A stretch of 51,774 nucleotides of DNA from Dendrobates tinctorius (GCF_039654945.1 NW_027361990.1:1500227-1552000), one strand, 5' to 3'; positions 1-14,200 are shown, numbered from the stretch's first letter. Made by a program: numbers and translations. The notes: generated from the letters alone by a model not told the origin.

Positions 1-136
1 TTAAATTTCCTCATTTTGCGGATCCGTCAAAAAACGGATCCTGTGGCATCCGTTCACGTCAGTTAAGAACGGATCCGCTTCTCCACCTTTTTGGCGGATT
101 GTAACTGACACAAAAAACTGAAGTGTGAAAGAGGCC
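1..136. mobile_element. Partial Harbinger/Tourist-like MITE (right end; cut by window edge)
   Basis: Ends ...AAGTGTGAAAGAGGCC followed by TTA, like the other GGC...GCC/TWA MITEs in the window; internal CGGATCCG palindromes. Confidence 0.6.
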
Positions 137-1429
137 TTAGAAGAGTTTTTTCTCTCTGCGTCTGATTGGACGGTGGGTACACTGGAGGAGATTCCACCGG
201 ATCCATCAGCGACTTTCACTTTTGTTTGGGTTTTTTTTTTAAACCAGAAATAGAAAGAAAAAGCTTTATACTGGAGATGAGCCGGAGTCTTTCAGGTGGT
301 GAAGTTATTTTATTATACCTAAAAGACTCCTAAAAATCTCCAGGTCACTGCACGCTCCATCACAAGGCGCGAGCGGCCGAGTCCTGGAACACTGCAGCCA
401 AAATCCGCTGTGAACCGGAAATATTACATAAAAATGCAGCATTGGTGTAAAAAAAGAAAAATCCCATCCAGCTATGACAGGTGGGAGGACGAGACAGCTG
501 CTGCCAGAGATGACCGGCGGCGGCCGGCAGAGCGCTGCCGCGTGTGGACGAGACGGCTGCTGTCAGAGATGACCTCTGACACGAGGGGGTGACGGATTTT
601 TTTGTAGATTTGACCCCCATTAATCGCAGTTTTCTCAGCTTTCTGCTGTAAATCTGTATGAAACATTCCACAATTTAGCGACTTTTGCCAATTTTCTGAC
701 CCCAAATTTTCAACTTTGTGTAAAGCTTATAGGGAAGGAGATGTAACCGAGCGCGGCCACGTGACTGTACATCTGTGACCGCTTTTTGGTAATCCCTTGG
801 TCTGAGTGATGAGGACACTTGTAGGTGATAGTGCTCGCCGCCACGTCCGGCTCGTTCTCACATTGCCTAGATGCGGCCTCCATTGTATTATTTCCTACTT
901 TGTGACTGTGGAAGTAGAAACGTGGCCGAGGTCAGCGGCGGTCTGGGCAGAGACTTCTTTAAACACTTTTCCCTCTCATTTGTGAATAGTGGCGGCGGAC
1001 GGGTGGTGGGCAGCGGAGCCGCAGGTTTCCTATGACTTGCGGAGGAGTTGTACACGGCTGTATAGACGGCACCGTGGTGCGGAGAGGAGCTGCACACACG
1101 TGACGGTGCAGGGAGACGCTCCTGCCGGGGGCTCCGGACGCTCAATCACTTTTCTTAGCTCACCTATTGTTATTCAGGGATTACATCCAGATTTTAATTT
1201 TCTTTCCCCTCCGGCTTTTATTTCCCTCTTATCCAGGACTTTCCACTGCCACGTCCACAGAACCGCAGACACCAGACCAGAAAAACCGGATCTGGAGATT
1301 CCTGCAGCTCATCTCCCGACATCAGACACCGAGACAAAGGAACGACTCCCCTGCGAACAGTCCAGTCATGGAATAAGGGATCATGTGCTCCTGAACTGTG
1401 TATCCAATCCCACAGTATGTGATAAGTCC

Positions 1430-3508
1430 ACTGAGCAGTGTATCTAATCCTCTCCTGTGTGATACTGTCTGCTGAGCCGTGTATCTAATCCTCTCCTGTG
1501 TGATACTGACTGCTGAGCCGTATATCTAATCCTCTCCTGTGTGATACTGACTGCTGAGCCATTTATCTAATCCTATCCTGTGTGATACTGACTGCTGAGC
1601 CGTTTATCTAATCCTCTCCTGTGTGATACTGTCTGCTGAGCCGTGTATCTAATCCTCTCCTGTGTGATACTGACTGCTGAGCCGTGTATCTAATCCTCTC
1701 CTGTGTGATACTGACTGCTGAGCCGTGTATCTAATCCTCTCCTGTGTGATACTGTCTGCTGAGCCGTGTATCTAATCCTATCCTGTGTGATACTGACTGC
1801 TGAGCCGTGTATCTAATCCTATCCTGTGTGATACTGACTGATGAGCCGTGTGTCTAATCCTCTCCTGTGTGATACTGACTGCTGAGCCGTTTATCTAATC
1901 CTCTCCTGTGTGATACTGACTGCTGAGCCGTGTATCTAATCCTCTCCTGTGTGATACTGACTGCTGAGCCGTGTATCTAATCCTCTCCTGTGTGATACTG
2001 ACTGCTGAGCCATGTATCTAATCCTATCCTGTGTGATACTGACTGCTGAGCCGTGTATCTAATCCTATCCTGTGTGATACTGACTGCTGAGCCGTTTATC
2101 TAATCCTCTCCTGTGTGATACTGACTGCTGAGCCGTATATCTAATCCTATCCTGTGTGATACTGACTGCTGAGCCGTGTATCTAATCCTATCCTGTGTGA
2201 TACTGTCTGCTGAGCCGTGTATCTAATCCTATCCTGTGTGATACTGTCTGCTGAGCCGTGTATCTAATCCTCTCCTGTGTGATACTGACTGCTGAGCCAT
2301 GTATCTAATCCTATCCTGTGTGATACTGACTGCTGAGCCGTGTATCTAATCCTCTCCTGTGTGATACTGACTGCTGAGCCATGTATCTAATCCTATCCTG
2401 TGTGATACTGACTGCTGAGCCGTGTATCTAATCCTCTCCTGTGTGATACTGTCTGCTGAGCCGTGTATCTAATCCTATCCTGTGTGATACTGACTGCTGA
2501 GCCGTGTATCTAATCCTATCCTGTGTGATACTGACTGATGAGCCGTGTGTCTAATCCTCTCCTGTGTGATACTGACTGCTGAGCCGTGTATCTAATCCTC
2601 TCCTGTGATACTGACTGCTGAGCCGTGTATCTAATCCTCTCCTGTGTGATACTGCTGAACCGTGTATCTAATCCTCTCCTGTGTGATACTGACTGCTGAG
2701 CCGTGTATCTAATCCTATCCTGTGTGATACTGTCTGCTGACCTGTGTATCTAATCCTCTCCTGTGTGATACTGACTGCTGAGCCGTGTATTTAATCCTCT
2801 CCTGTGTGATACTGACTGCTGAGCCGCGTATCTAATCATATCCTGTGTGATACTGTCTGCTGACCTGTGTATCTAATCCTCTCCTGTGTGATACTGACTG
2901 CTGAGCCGTGTATCTAATCCTCTCCTGTGTGATACTGACTGCTGAGCCGTGTATCTAATCCCATCCTGTGTGATACTGTCTGCTGAGCCGTGTATCTAAT
3001 CCTATCCTGTGTAATACTGACTGCTGACCTGTGTATCTAATCCTCTCCTGTGTGATACTGACTGCTGAGCCGTGTATCTAATCCTCTCCTGTGTGATACT
3101 GACTGCTGAGCAGTGTATCTAATCCTCTCCTGTGTGATACTGACTGCTGAGCCGTGTATCTAATCCTCTCCTGTGTGATACTGTCTGCTGAGCCGTGTAT
3201 GTAATCCTCTCCTGTGTGATACTGTCTGCTGAGTCGTGTATCTAATCCTCTCCTGTGTGATACTGTCTGCTGAGCCGTGTATCTAATCCTATCCTGTGTG
3301 ATACTGACTGCTGAGCCGTGTATCTAATCCTCTCCTGTGTGATACTGTCTGCTGAGCCGTGTATGTAATCCTCTCCTGTGTGATACTGTCTGCTGAGTCG
3401 TGTATCTAATCCTCTCCTGTGTGATACTGTCTGCTGAGCCGTGTATCTAATCCTATCCTGTGTGATACTGACTGCTGAGCCGTGTATCTAATCCTCTCCT
3501 GTGTGATA
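1430..3508. repeat. 41-bp minisatellite, about 50 copies
   Basis: Unit GTGTATCTAATCCTCTCCTGTGTGATACTGACTGCTGAGCC repeated head-to-tail. Confidence 0.97.
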
Positions 3509-4928
3509 CATTCCACTGTGTATTGAATCCCAGCATATGTGATAAGGCGATGAGATTTTCACCTGCCACCCAGGCCAGGCTTAGATACACGGTATCCCCT
3601 GTGTACCCATTGTATGCAGTGACTCCTGCAGATGCTGATAAGAGTCATTGATAGCAGTCAGGATGGAGCGGGGGATGGGCTGGGGTAAAACAATCACAGA
3701 TAAAAGGACAATGGCGGCTGCTGGAGGTTCTCTGGATACTCCAGCCCCGGCCATCACCTCCTAACCCCCCACCCTCTGGGTGTCTGGGGTCACACAATGA
3801 GGGTCTGTGGACGGCTGGGGTCACTGGTCGGGTCTAGGCCGTGCTGGGAATGCTGCGTTTTTACTGTAAATTCTTTTTTCTTTAGTCCATCGTCTTCTGG
3901 TCGTAGATCTAGGATCCTCCGGGCCGGAGACGGCAATGAGCCCTGGGGCAACAAGCTCCAGAAATCATCTGGAGGCAGAATCTCCGTATTGGTGGGAAGG
4001 CGACGATGGTCCTCCGAGCCGGCGGTCCAGACGCAGACATCGGGGGGGGGGAGCCCCGGCCCTCTATCCGTGACCATCACAGCCGACAGCCGATCCTCTT
4101 AAGGCGTTAGGTGCAGAGATCACCCCCAATATAAATGCAGCAGTGATCTCCGCATCTACCCACACGGACAGACAGATCCCCGGGGGGACGGCGGTGACAC
4201 GGGAATGTTGGCTGCACCGCCGGATGCCATCGCCTCTCTCTTCCCATCAGTGCTGTTATGGGACCACACTGTGACTGTAGGCGTCCATGATTCCTGCTCG
4301 TAGGATCAGCCGCCGGTCTCCTGCTCCGCATCCTTCATTCCTATGGCTGTCGCCTCGTCTAGCAGAATCTCTGCTTGCTGTCTGTGAAATGCTCTCGTTT
4401 GCATCCAGCGGTGCAGTCCTGCTCACAGCTGATCATTTGTTACATTGTATCCAGTCTGTACAATCCTCACATTACATTGTATGCTGGATACAGTTGGGAC
4501 AACTCCGCTGCCGCCACATTTTCCACCCTCCTGACTCGCGTTACTTGCCGCAGTATTTTTTAAACTTTTCCCCCATTTTTCCGGAGTTGGTGACTCGCTC
4601 GTCTTGTTTCCTGGCGATTTTCCAGTCCAGTAAGATCCCCGTGTTCCTGCTTCCTCGATGACGCTGGGAAACTCGCCAGATGCCTGGAAGCCGCCCCCGT
4701 GCTGGTGGATCCTGCGGGACATTACTGGTTGTGTTACAAAAGAGCGACTGATAATCTCTGGGGTCGCACAGCCCTGACCTCAGCCGATGCGTCACTGCAC
4801 TGGATCCACACGTTACTGACATCGCCGCATGCTGGGGCTTGTAGTCCGTTCCTGGCTCATCCATTGTGCAGCCTTCCTATTAGACTGGCCGTCTCCCCCC
4901 TATGGTGACGTGCATTGCACTTGTGTAA

Positions 4929-5264
4929 GGCTGGTTTCACACTTGCATTTTTTTCCTATATTTAACATGGGTGCGCATTGTCATGCGTTTGTACACGTTT
5001 CATGCGTTTTTTTGTAGCGTGCGCCCAGGCGCACAAAATGCAACCTGTTGCATTTTTTGTGCATCCGACCTGTCTCAAAAAAACGCCTGCGTACGCAATG
5101 CTCACGGAATTCACCCAGAAACACATTAACGTCTATGGTCATGCACCCGTCAGCGTTTAAAAACCATGCGCAAAAAACAAAACACATTATAAACACATGA
5201 TGTGTTTTTTATGCGAGTTTGCACTGTGCACGCAGCGCAAAAAACCGCAAGTGTGAAAGTAGCA
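4929..5264. mobile_element. Harbinger/Tourist-like MITE
   Basis: TAA|GGCTGGTTTCACACTTGC ... GCAAGTGTGAAAGTAGCA|TAA: imperfect TIRs with 3-bp TAA TSD. Confidence 0.8.
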
Positions 5265-6407
5265 TAAGACCCCCAGACACATTCGATGGCCGCCGCTCTC
5301 CTGTGTTTTCCAAGAGCCGCAGCGGCTGTGGGATTGCAGCTTCCCCCGAGGGACCCCGCACACATTGGACTGTCAGTTGCTGATATCGGTGGGGTCGGCC
5401 GGCCTTAGGCAAATGTGAATGTAGCGTTAAAGAAAATTCAAGGCACGGATAGAATAAAAAGCGTCAGACCTAGCGCAAATCAGCACGTTCTTCTAGTCAC
5501 CTGATTGTCTGCAGCGGTACTCCTCTCCAGAGTGACCTGCAATGAATCGGCCGGGGCGCTCGAAGTTGAATACACCATTCTTTAGTTTAAGTGCGTCCAG
5601 GGCTGAAAAATTGAGCTCAGATTTGACTGTTCGAACCAAGCACAGGCGCTCGGTGCGTCATGGTGGCCAAACATTTCGGTGCACCACCCCATCTGCTCGG
5701 TTTCCCTCTGAGGTCTGGATGGGCAGCTCCAATAGCAGAATGACACCTTCATGCCACACAGGAACCATTAGGGCCTCGGGCACTGGGGGAAGGGTCTTCA
5801 TCAGGACTGTGACTCATGGTTGATGCCTGGAAAACAGCGGGGGGGATTGAGCAGGACCGCAGCAGCAGAGAGTCCACGATCGGCCCAGAATACCAGGAGC
5901 GAATGGGGCGAGCCCATGAATGGGCACAGAGGACCAGTGCAGAGAAAGTCTGAGCAGGAGTAGACGTGAAATGGTGATTGGGGCTGAGTAAGATGTGATT
6001 ATCGTGACCGGGCGTCAGTCATACGAGGGAGCGCCAGGTGCCAGCTTTGATGGAAACCAGTAGTCACGGTTGGGTTATACTGGGGAAGATGGGGGAGGTG
6101 AGTGTTTAGAAATGGCCCAGCGCAAAATGAAAGATGCCCGGAGCTGGACAGACATGTTCATCATCACCTGTTCTCACTTCTGAGGACACCTGGCCATCTG
6201 CTGATAGTCACGACATGAAAAAGTCATCACCGGGGCCGAGTGCTCAGATGTGTCTCAACTGTAGTCTGATTGGGGGGATGTGACACAACCAAGTCCTGGT
6301 GACTTGCCCTTTAAATGAGTCGATGCTCTGCTCATCTGCACCAGAACTGATGATCCAGCAGAAATTACTGCAACTCCTGCATGGCCCCTCAAGTACAGGC
6401 TAAAATC

Positions 6408-9240
6408 AGTGCAGCCACCGCTCATCGTAAGGTCTCGGTGCAGCCACCGCTCATCGTAAGGTCTCGGTGCAGCCACCGCTCATCGTAAGGTCTCGGTGCA
6501 GCCACCGCTCATCGTAAGGTCTCGGTGCAGCCACCGCTCATCGTAAGGTCTCGGTGCAGCCACCGCTCATCGTAAGGTCTCGGTGCAGCCACCGCTCATC
6601 GTAAGGTCTCGGTGCAGCCACCGCTCATCGTAAGTTCTCGGTGCAGCCCCCACTCATCGCTCATTGTAAGGTCTCGGTGCAGCCACCCCTCATCGTAAAG
6701 TCTCTGCAGCCACCGCTCATCGTAAAGTCTCTGCAGCCACCGCTCATCATAAGGTCTCGGTGCAGCCACCGCTCATTGTAAGGTCTCAGTGCAGCCACCG
6801 CTCATCGTAAGGTCTCGGTGCAGCCACCGCTCATCGTAAGTTCTCGGTGCAGCCCCCACTCATCGCTCATTGTAAGGTCTCGGTGCAGCCACCCCTCATC
6901 GTAAAGTCTCTGCAGCCACCGCTCATCGTAAAGTCTCTGCAGCCACCGCTCATCGTAAGGTCTCAGTGCAGCCACCGCTCATTGTAAGGTCTCGGTGCAG
7001 CCACCGCTCATCGTAAGGTCTCGGTGCAGCCACCGCTCATCATAAGGTCTCGGTGCAGCCACCCCTCATTGTAAGGTCTTGGTGCAGCCACCGCTCATCG
7101 TAACGTCTCAGTGCAGCCACCGCTCATCAAAAAGTCTCTGCAGCCACCGCTCATTGTAAGGTCTCAGTGCAGCCACCGCTCATCATAAGGTCTCGGTGCA
7201 GCCACCCCTCATTGTAAGGTCTTGGTGCAGCCACCGCTCATCGTAAGGTCTCAGTGCAGCCACCGCTCATCAAAAAGTCTCTGCAGCCACCGCTCATCGT
7301 AAAGTCTCTGCAGCCACCGCTCATCATAAGGTCTCGGTGCAGCCACCACTCATCGTAAGGTCTCGGTGCAGCCACCGCTCATCGTAAGGTCTCAGTGCAG
7401 CCACTGCTCATCAAAAAGTCTCTGCAGCCACCGCTCATCATAAGGTCTCGGTGCAGCCACCGCTCATCATAAGGTCTCAGTGCAGCCACCGCTCATTGTA
7501 ATGTCTCAGTGCAGCCACTGCTCATCAAAAAGTCTCTGCAGCCACCGCTCATTGTAAGGTCTCAGTGCAGCCACCGCTCATCGTAAGGTCTCGGTGCAGC
7601 CACCGCTCATCATAAGGTCTCGGTGCAGCCACCCCTCATTGTAAGGTCTTGGTGCAGCCACCGCTCATTGTAAGGTCTCAGTGCAGCCACCGCTCATCAA
7701 AAAGTCTCTGCAGCCACCGCTCATTGTAAGGTCTCAGTGCAGCCACCGCTCATCGTAAGGTCTCGGTGCAGCCACCGCTCATCATAAGGTCTCGGTGCAG
7801 CCACCCCTCATTGTAAGGTCTTGGTGCAGCCACCGCTCATCGTAAGGTCTCAGTGCAGCCACCGCTCATCAAAAAGTCTCTGCAGCCACCGCTCATCGTA
7901 AAGTCTCTGCAGCCACCGCTCATCATAAGGTCTCGGTGCAGCCACCACTCATCGTAAGGTCTCGGTGCAGCCACCGCTCATCGTAAGGTCTCAGTGCAGC
8001 CACTGCTCATCAAAAAGTCTCTGCAGCCACCGCTCATCATAAGGTCTCAGTGCAGCCACCGCTCATCAAAAAGTCTCTGCAGCCACCGCTCATTGTAAGG
8101 TCTCTGTGCAGCCACCGCTCATCGTAAGGTCTCAGTGCAGCCACTGCTCATCAAAAAGTCTCTGCAGCCACCGCTCATCATAAGGTCTCGGTGCAGCCAC
8201 CGCTCATCATAAGGTCTCGGTGCAGCCACCCCTCATTGTAAGGTCTTGGTGCAGCCACCGCTCATCGTAAGGTCTCAGTGCAGCCACCGCTCATCAAAAA
8301 GTCTCTGCAGCCACCGCTCATCGTAAAGTCTCTGCAGCCACCGCTCATCATAAGGTCTCAGTGCAGCCACCACTCATCGTAAGGTCTTGGTGCAGCCACC
8401 GCTCATCGTAAGGTCTCAGTGCAGCCACTGCTCATCAAAAAGTCTCTGCAGCCACCGCTCATCGTAAAGTCTCTGCAGCCACCGCTCATCATAAGGTCTC
8501 AGTGCAGCCACCGCTCATCAAAAAGTCTCTGCAGCCACCGCTCATTGTAAGGTCTCTGTGCAGCCACCGCTCATCGTAAGGTCTCAGTGCAGCCACTGCT
8601 CATCAAAAAGTCTCTGCGGCCACCGCTCATCGTAAAGTCTCTGCAGGCACCGCTCATCATAAGGTCTCAGTGCAGCCACCGCTCATTGAAAGGTCTTGGT
8701 GCAGCCACCGCTCATCGTAAGGTCTCAGTGCAGCCACAGCTCATCGTAAGGTCTCAGTGCAGCCACTGCTCATCAAAAAGTCTCTGCAGCCACCGCTCAT
8801 CGTAAAGTCTCTGCAGCCACCGCTCATCGTAAGGTCTCAGTGCAGCCACCGCTCATCGTAAGGTCTCTGTGCAGCCAACGCTCATCGTAAAGTCTCTGCA
8901 GCCACCCCTCATTGTAAAGTCTCTGCAGCCACGGCTCATCGTAAAATCTCTGCAGCCACCGCTCATCGTAAGGTCTCAGTGTGGCCACCGCTCATCATAA
9001 GGTCTCTGCAGCCACCGCTAATCATAAGGTCTCTGCAGCCACCCCTCATTGTAAAGTAGTCTCAGCCACCGCTCATCGTAAGATCTCAGTGCAGCCACCG
9101 CTCATCGTAAGGTCTCCGTGCAGCCACCGCTCATCGTAAGGTCTCCGTGCAGCCACCGCTCATCATAAGGTCTCTGCAGCCACCGCTCATCACAAGGTCT
9201 CAGTGCAGCCACCGCTCATCGTAAGGTCTCAGTGCAGCCA
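6408..9240. repeat. 27-29-bp minisatellite, about 100 copies
   Basis: Unit GTGCAGCCACCGCTCATCGTAAGGTCTCG with 27-bp variants. Confidence 0.97.
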
Positions 9241-10810
9241 GAAGACAAAAATAAAAGTGAGTTAAAAAACTGGATATGATGACTCCGCCTGGAATTTCTT
9301 GACTTTTGATTTCACTAGCAGAAAAATCTTAATCTTGAAAACTGCTTCTAAAAGATTGTTTGCCAAGTTTTCATGTGGTTTTTGTGACATGGGCGCAGCA
9401 TGGAGGGGTGTTTTTTTTTTTTTGTGGTCACTTTTCTGCAGCAAAAACTTCTAAAGACGCAGCAAGGCGTTGACATCCACTATAACGACACAGTGTAGGG
9501 ACTTGTTCTCACACAAATCCATGGGGCGGTTGTTGTGCGCTGATTGGGATGTGGATTTTGGTGCAGAACTTCTGTGTGAACGAGCCCCAAGGTTGGGTTT
9601 ATGCGACCCCGGGCCGTATACCATCTGCCATACCCGCCCTGGCTTCATCTTAGTCGGTGACCAGTTGGAGAGGTTTCGCTCCACGGGAATCACATTTTTC
9701 TAAACCTTTAAAAACAAAAATAAAAAAAAGTTAAAAAAAAACTCCAACGAAGATAAAAAGCAAAGTAGTTGGAAAAGTCGACCGAGCTTTTTTTAAGCTG
9801 TTTTTTTTTTCAGGAGGATTTTGAAGAGGATCTGATGAAAATAAACCTCCTCCAATTGAGCAGTGTGAACACGGTGCTACAGGCAATGCGTCACAAGATG
9901 CAAAGAAGCTGGTTTCCCAGAATGGAAGGAACTATGTGGCGAGTCCCACCTGGGGAGCGGCCGCCATAGGAGCCGCGTGACCCGCCGGATGTCTGCGACG
10001 AAGGAGGTGGAGGATACATGGAGGCCAGAGCCTGGGGCGGTGGACGAGGCGCTCGTGTAATTACACCGTACGCCCGTCACCGCCGAGGACGCTGAGCGCA
10101 GCACATTCCAGACTGATTCTTGTATCCAGGACGAATCACCTCCTGCACCAACACCACCATCGTTGTGTGAGAAACTTGCTAATATTTATTGGGTGTCCTC
10201 AAATTCCTTCCACTGTTTTTAATAACTCTGCTTGCTGTTAGCAAATGGGTGCACTCTGTTTGACATTCTGAGGCGGCTACGAGAGTGGCTAACCCCTCCT
10301 CCGGCAGCCAAGTTACCAGGGAGACGCATAGCGCTGCATAGGAGCTGTGAACACAAAACGACAGGAAGGTTTTCGGTGCAGCGCGGCGGCTTCAGTTGTC
10401 ACTGCTGTAGGATTAGACATTTAGACTATTTGGCTTGTGGGTAAGAAACTGCCCCTGGATGGTGATCGAGAGGTGAAATAACCCCAAACGCCTGCGCTGC
10501 GCAGATTCTACACATTTCTAAGCAACAAAATGTTGTCTGGGAGCAGAAAACCCTGAAACTTCCAACTCCCCAAAATTGTATTGTCACGGGGCGGGTGTGT
10601 CAGTCTGTACTGTAGCCCGGGCATTATATTCCTGCACCGATGGATAAACTACAGGGGGAAGAGCTGCAGAGTAGATGGAGACGCAAACAGGATCCGCTGG
10701 TTATGGAGGGATCCGCTGGTTATGGAGGGATCCGCTGCTGGTTTTCTGTTTGCTCTGGGCAACGTCGACTCACAATGAAGACGACGAGGAGGATCAGGGC
10801 CGGACGATGG

Positions 10811-11160
10811 ATTATTAATAATAATCTTTATATAAGGCCAACATATTCCGCAGCGCTTTACAGTTTAACATTTTCCAAACACAAGTCATAAGTAACAACG
10901 TTAACAATACAGTAATTAAAGCACAATAAGCCGCCCCTGCTGGTGAGAGCTTACACTCTACAGTGAGGTGGGGGAGATACAGAGGACAGGTGTGTATATA
11001 CAATGATGGATTTACAATGATGGTCCAGCCATCTTGAGGGAGTGAGGGATGGAGATAGTGAATGGGCTACACACACTTACACAGAGAATGACTGTGATTA
11101 GTGAACGTGATAGGCCGCTCTGAACAAATGTGTTTTGAGGGAGCGCCTGAAACTGCAAAT
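10811..11160 (-). mobile_element. 3' end fragment of an L2-type LINE (or a SINE sharing its tail)
   Basis: (AAT)n tail then GCCAACATATTCCGCAGCGCTTTACA and AGCTTACACTCTACA, matching the 3' end of the L2 at 32397-32560. Confidence 0.8.
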
Positions 11161-11289
11161 TGTGAGGGGTTGCACGCATCCCCCAACCTCAATCCCTGTA
11201 GTCTGCATTGATAGATGATAAATGTCCTGGGGACCTCAACCAGGTTGTACCACACCCCACAATGCACTGAACAAGTATGTAACCTCAGC

Positions 11290-14200
11290 GCCTTACCGGG
11301 CGTCTGTTGTCTGTGACCCCTGTTCCTTACCGAGCACCTGTAGTGTGTGACCCCCGCTCCTTACCGGGAGTCTGTGACCCCCCACTCCTTACTGGGCGTC
11401 TGTAGTCTGTGACCCCCACTCCTTACCGGGCTACTGTAGTCTGTGACCCTCAACCCTTACCAGGCGTCTGTAGACTGTGATCCCCACTCCTTACCGGGCA
11501 CCTGTAGTGTGTGACCCCCGCTCCTTACCGGGAGTCTGTGACCCCCACTCCTTACCGGGCGTCTGTAGACTGCGACCCCCACTCCTTACTGGGCGTCTGT
11601 AGTCTGTGACCCCCACTCCTTACCGAGTGACTGTATTCTGTTACCCTCGCTCCTTACCAGGCGTCTGTAGACTGTGACCCCCACTCCTTACCGGGCGTCT
11701 ATCTGTAGCATCTGACCCCCACTCCTTACCGGGCGTCTGTCTGTAGCATGTGACCCCCACTCCTAATCGGGCGTCTGTATGTGACCCCCGCTCCTTACCG
11801 GGCGTCCGTAGCATGTGACCCCCGCTCCTTACTGGGCAGCTGTAGCGTGTGACCCCACTCCTTACCGGGTGTCTGAAGTGTGTGACTCCCGCTCCTTACC
11901 GGGCATCTGTAGTCTGTGACCCCCGCTCCTTACCGGGCGTCTGTAGCATGTGACCCCCACTCCTTACCGGGCGTCTGTCTGTAGCATGTGACCCCCACTC
12001 CTTATCGGGCGTCTGTATGTGACCCCCGCTCCTTACCGGGCGTCCGTAGCATGTGACCCCCGCTCCTTACCGGGCAGCTGTAGCGTGTGACCCCCACTCC
12101 TTACCGGGTGTCTGAAGTGTGTGACTCCCGCTCCTTACCGGGCATCTGTAGTCTGTGACCCCCGCTCCTTACCGGGCGACCGTAGCATGACCCCCGCTTC
12201 TTACCGGGCGTCTGTAGTCTTCTGTGACCCCCGCTCCTTACCAGGCGTCTATCTGTAGCATGTGACCCCCACTCCTTACCGGGCGTCTGTCTGTAGCATG
12301 TGACCCCCACTCCTTATCGGGCGTCTGTATGTGACCCCCGCTCCTTACCGGGCGTCCGTAGCATGTGACCCCCACTCCTTACCGGGCAGCTGTAGCGTGC
12401 GACCCCACTCCTTACTGGGTGTTTGAAGTGTGTGACTCCCGCTCCTTACCGGGCATCTGTAGTCTGTGACCCCCGCTCCTTACCGGGCGTCTGTAGCATG
12501 TGACCCCCGCTTCTTACCTGGCGTCTGGCGTCTGTATGTGACCCCCGCTTCTTTCCGGGCGCCAGTAGCCTGTGACCCCCGCTTCATACCTTGCTTCTGT
12601 AGCATGTGACCCCCGCTCCTTACCGGGGCGTCTGTAGTCTGTGAACCCCGCTCCTTACCTTGCTTCTGTAGCATGTGACCCCCCGCTCCTTACCTGGGCG
12701 TCTGTAGTCTGTGACCCCCGCTCCTTACCTTGCTTCTGTAGCATGTGATCCCCGCTTCTTACCTTGCTTCTGTAGCATGTGACCCCCACTCCTTACTTGG
12801 GCGTCTGTAGCATGTGACCCCCGCTTCTAACCGGGCGTCTGTAGCATGTGACCCCCGCTCCTTACCGGGCGTCTGTAGCATGTGACCCCCGCTCCTTACC
12901 GGGCGTCTGTAGTCTGTGACCCCCGCTCCTTACCGGGCGTCTGTAGCATGTGATCCCCGCTTCTTACCTTGCTTCTGTAGCATGTGACCCCCACTCCTTA
13001 CTTGGGCGTCTGTAGCATGTGACCCCCGCTTCTAACCGGGCGTCTGTAGCATGTGACCCCCGCTCCTTACCGGGCGTCTGTAGCATGTGACCCCCGCTCC
13101 TTACCGGGCGTCTGTAGTCTGTGACCCCCGCTCCTTACCTTGCTTCTGTAGCATGTGATCCCCGCTTCTTACCTTGCTTCTGTAGCATGTGACCCCCACT
13201 CCTTACTTGGGCGTCTGTAGCATGTGACCCCCGCTTCTAACCGGGCGTCTGTAGCATGTGACCCCCGCTCCTTACCGGGCGTCTGTAGCATGTGACCCCC
13301 GCTCCTTACCGGGCGTCTGTAGCATGTGATCCCCGCTCCTTACCGGGCGTCTGTAGCATGTGACCCCCGCTCCTTACCGGGCGTCTGTAGTCTGTGACCC
13401 CCGCTTCTTACCTTGCTTCTGTAGCATGTGATCCCCGCTTCTTACCTTGCTTCTGTAGCATGTGATCCCCGCTTCTTACCGGGCAGCTGTAGCGTGCGAC
13501 CCCACTCCTTACTGGGTGTTTGAAGTGTGTGACTCCCGCTCCTTACCGGGCATCTGGAGTCTGTGACCCCCGCTCCTTACCGGGCATCCGTAGCATGACC
13601 CCCGCTTCTTACCTGGCGTCTGTATGTGACCCCCGCTTCTTTCCGGGCGCCAGTAGCCTGTGACCCCCACTTCATACCTTGCTTCTGTAGCATGTGACCC
13701 CCGCTCCTTACCGGGGCGTCTGTAGTCTGTGACCCCCGCTCCTTACCTTGCTTCTGTAGCATGTGACCCCCCGCTCCTTACCTGGGCGTCTGTAGTCTGT
13801 GACCCCTGCTCCTTACCTTGCTTCTGTAGCATGTGATCCCCGCTTCTTACCTTGCTTCTGTAGCATGTGACCCCCACTCCTTACTTGGGCGTCTGTAGCA
13901 TGTGACCCCCGCTTCTAACCGGGCGTCTGTAGCATGTGACCCCCGCTCCTTACCGGGCGTCTGTAGCATGTGACCCCCGCTCCTTACCGGGCGTCTGTAG
14001 CATGTGACCCCCGCTCCTTACCGGGCGTCTGTAGTCTGTGACCCCCGCTTCTTACCTTGCTTCTGTAGCATGTGATCCCCGCTTCTTACCTTGCTTCTGT
14101 AGCATATGATCCCCGCTTCTTACCTTGCTTCTGTAGCATGTGACCCCCACTCCTTACTTGGGCGTCTGTAGCATGTGATCCCCGCTTCTAACCGGGCGTC

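Noticed and set aside
1-1447. Start of wee1, expected from mammalian synteny
   Set aside because: No ORF resembles the Wee1 N-terminus or kinase domain
10688-10742. Three copies of GGATCCGCTGGTTATGGAG
   Set aside because: Small local slippage repeat with no further structure
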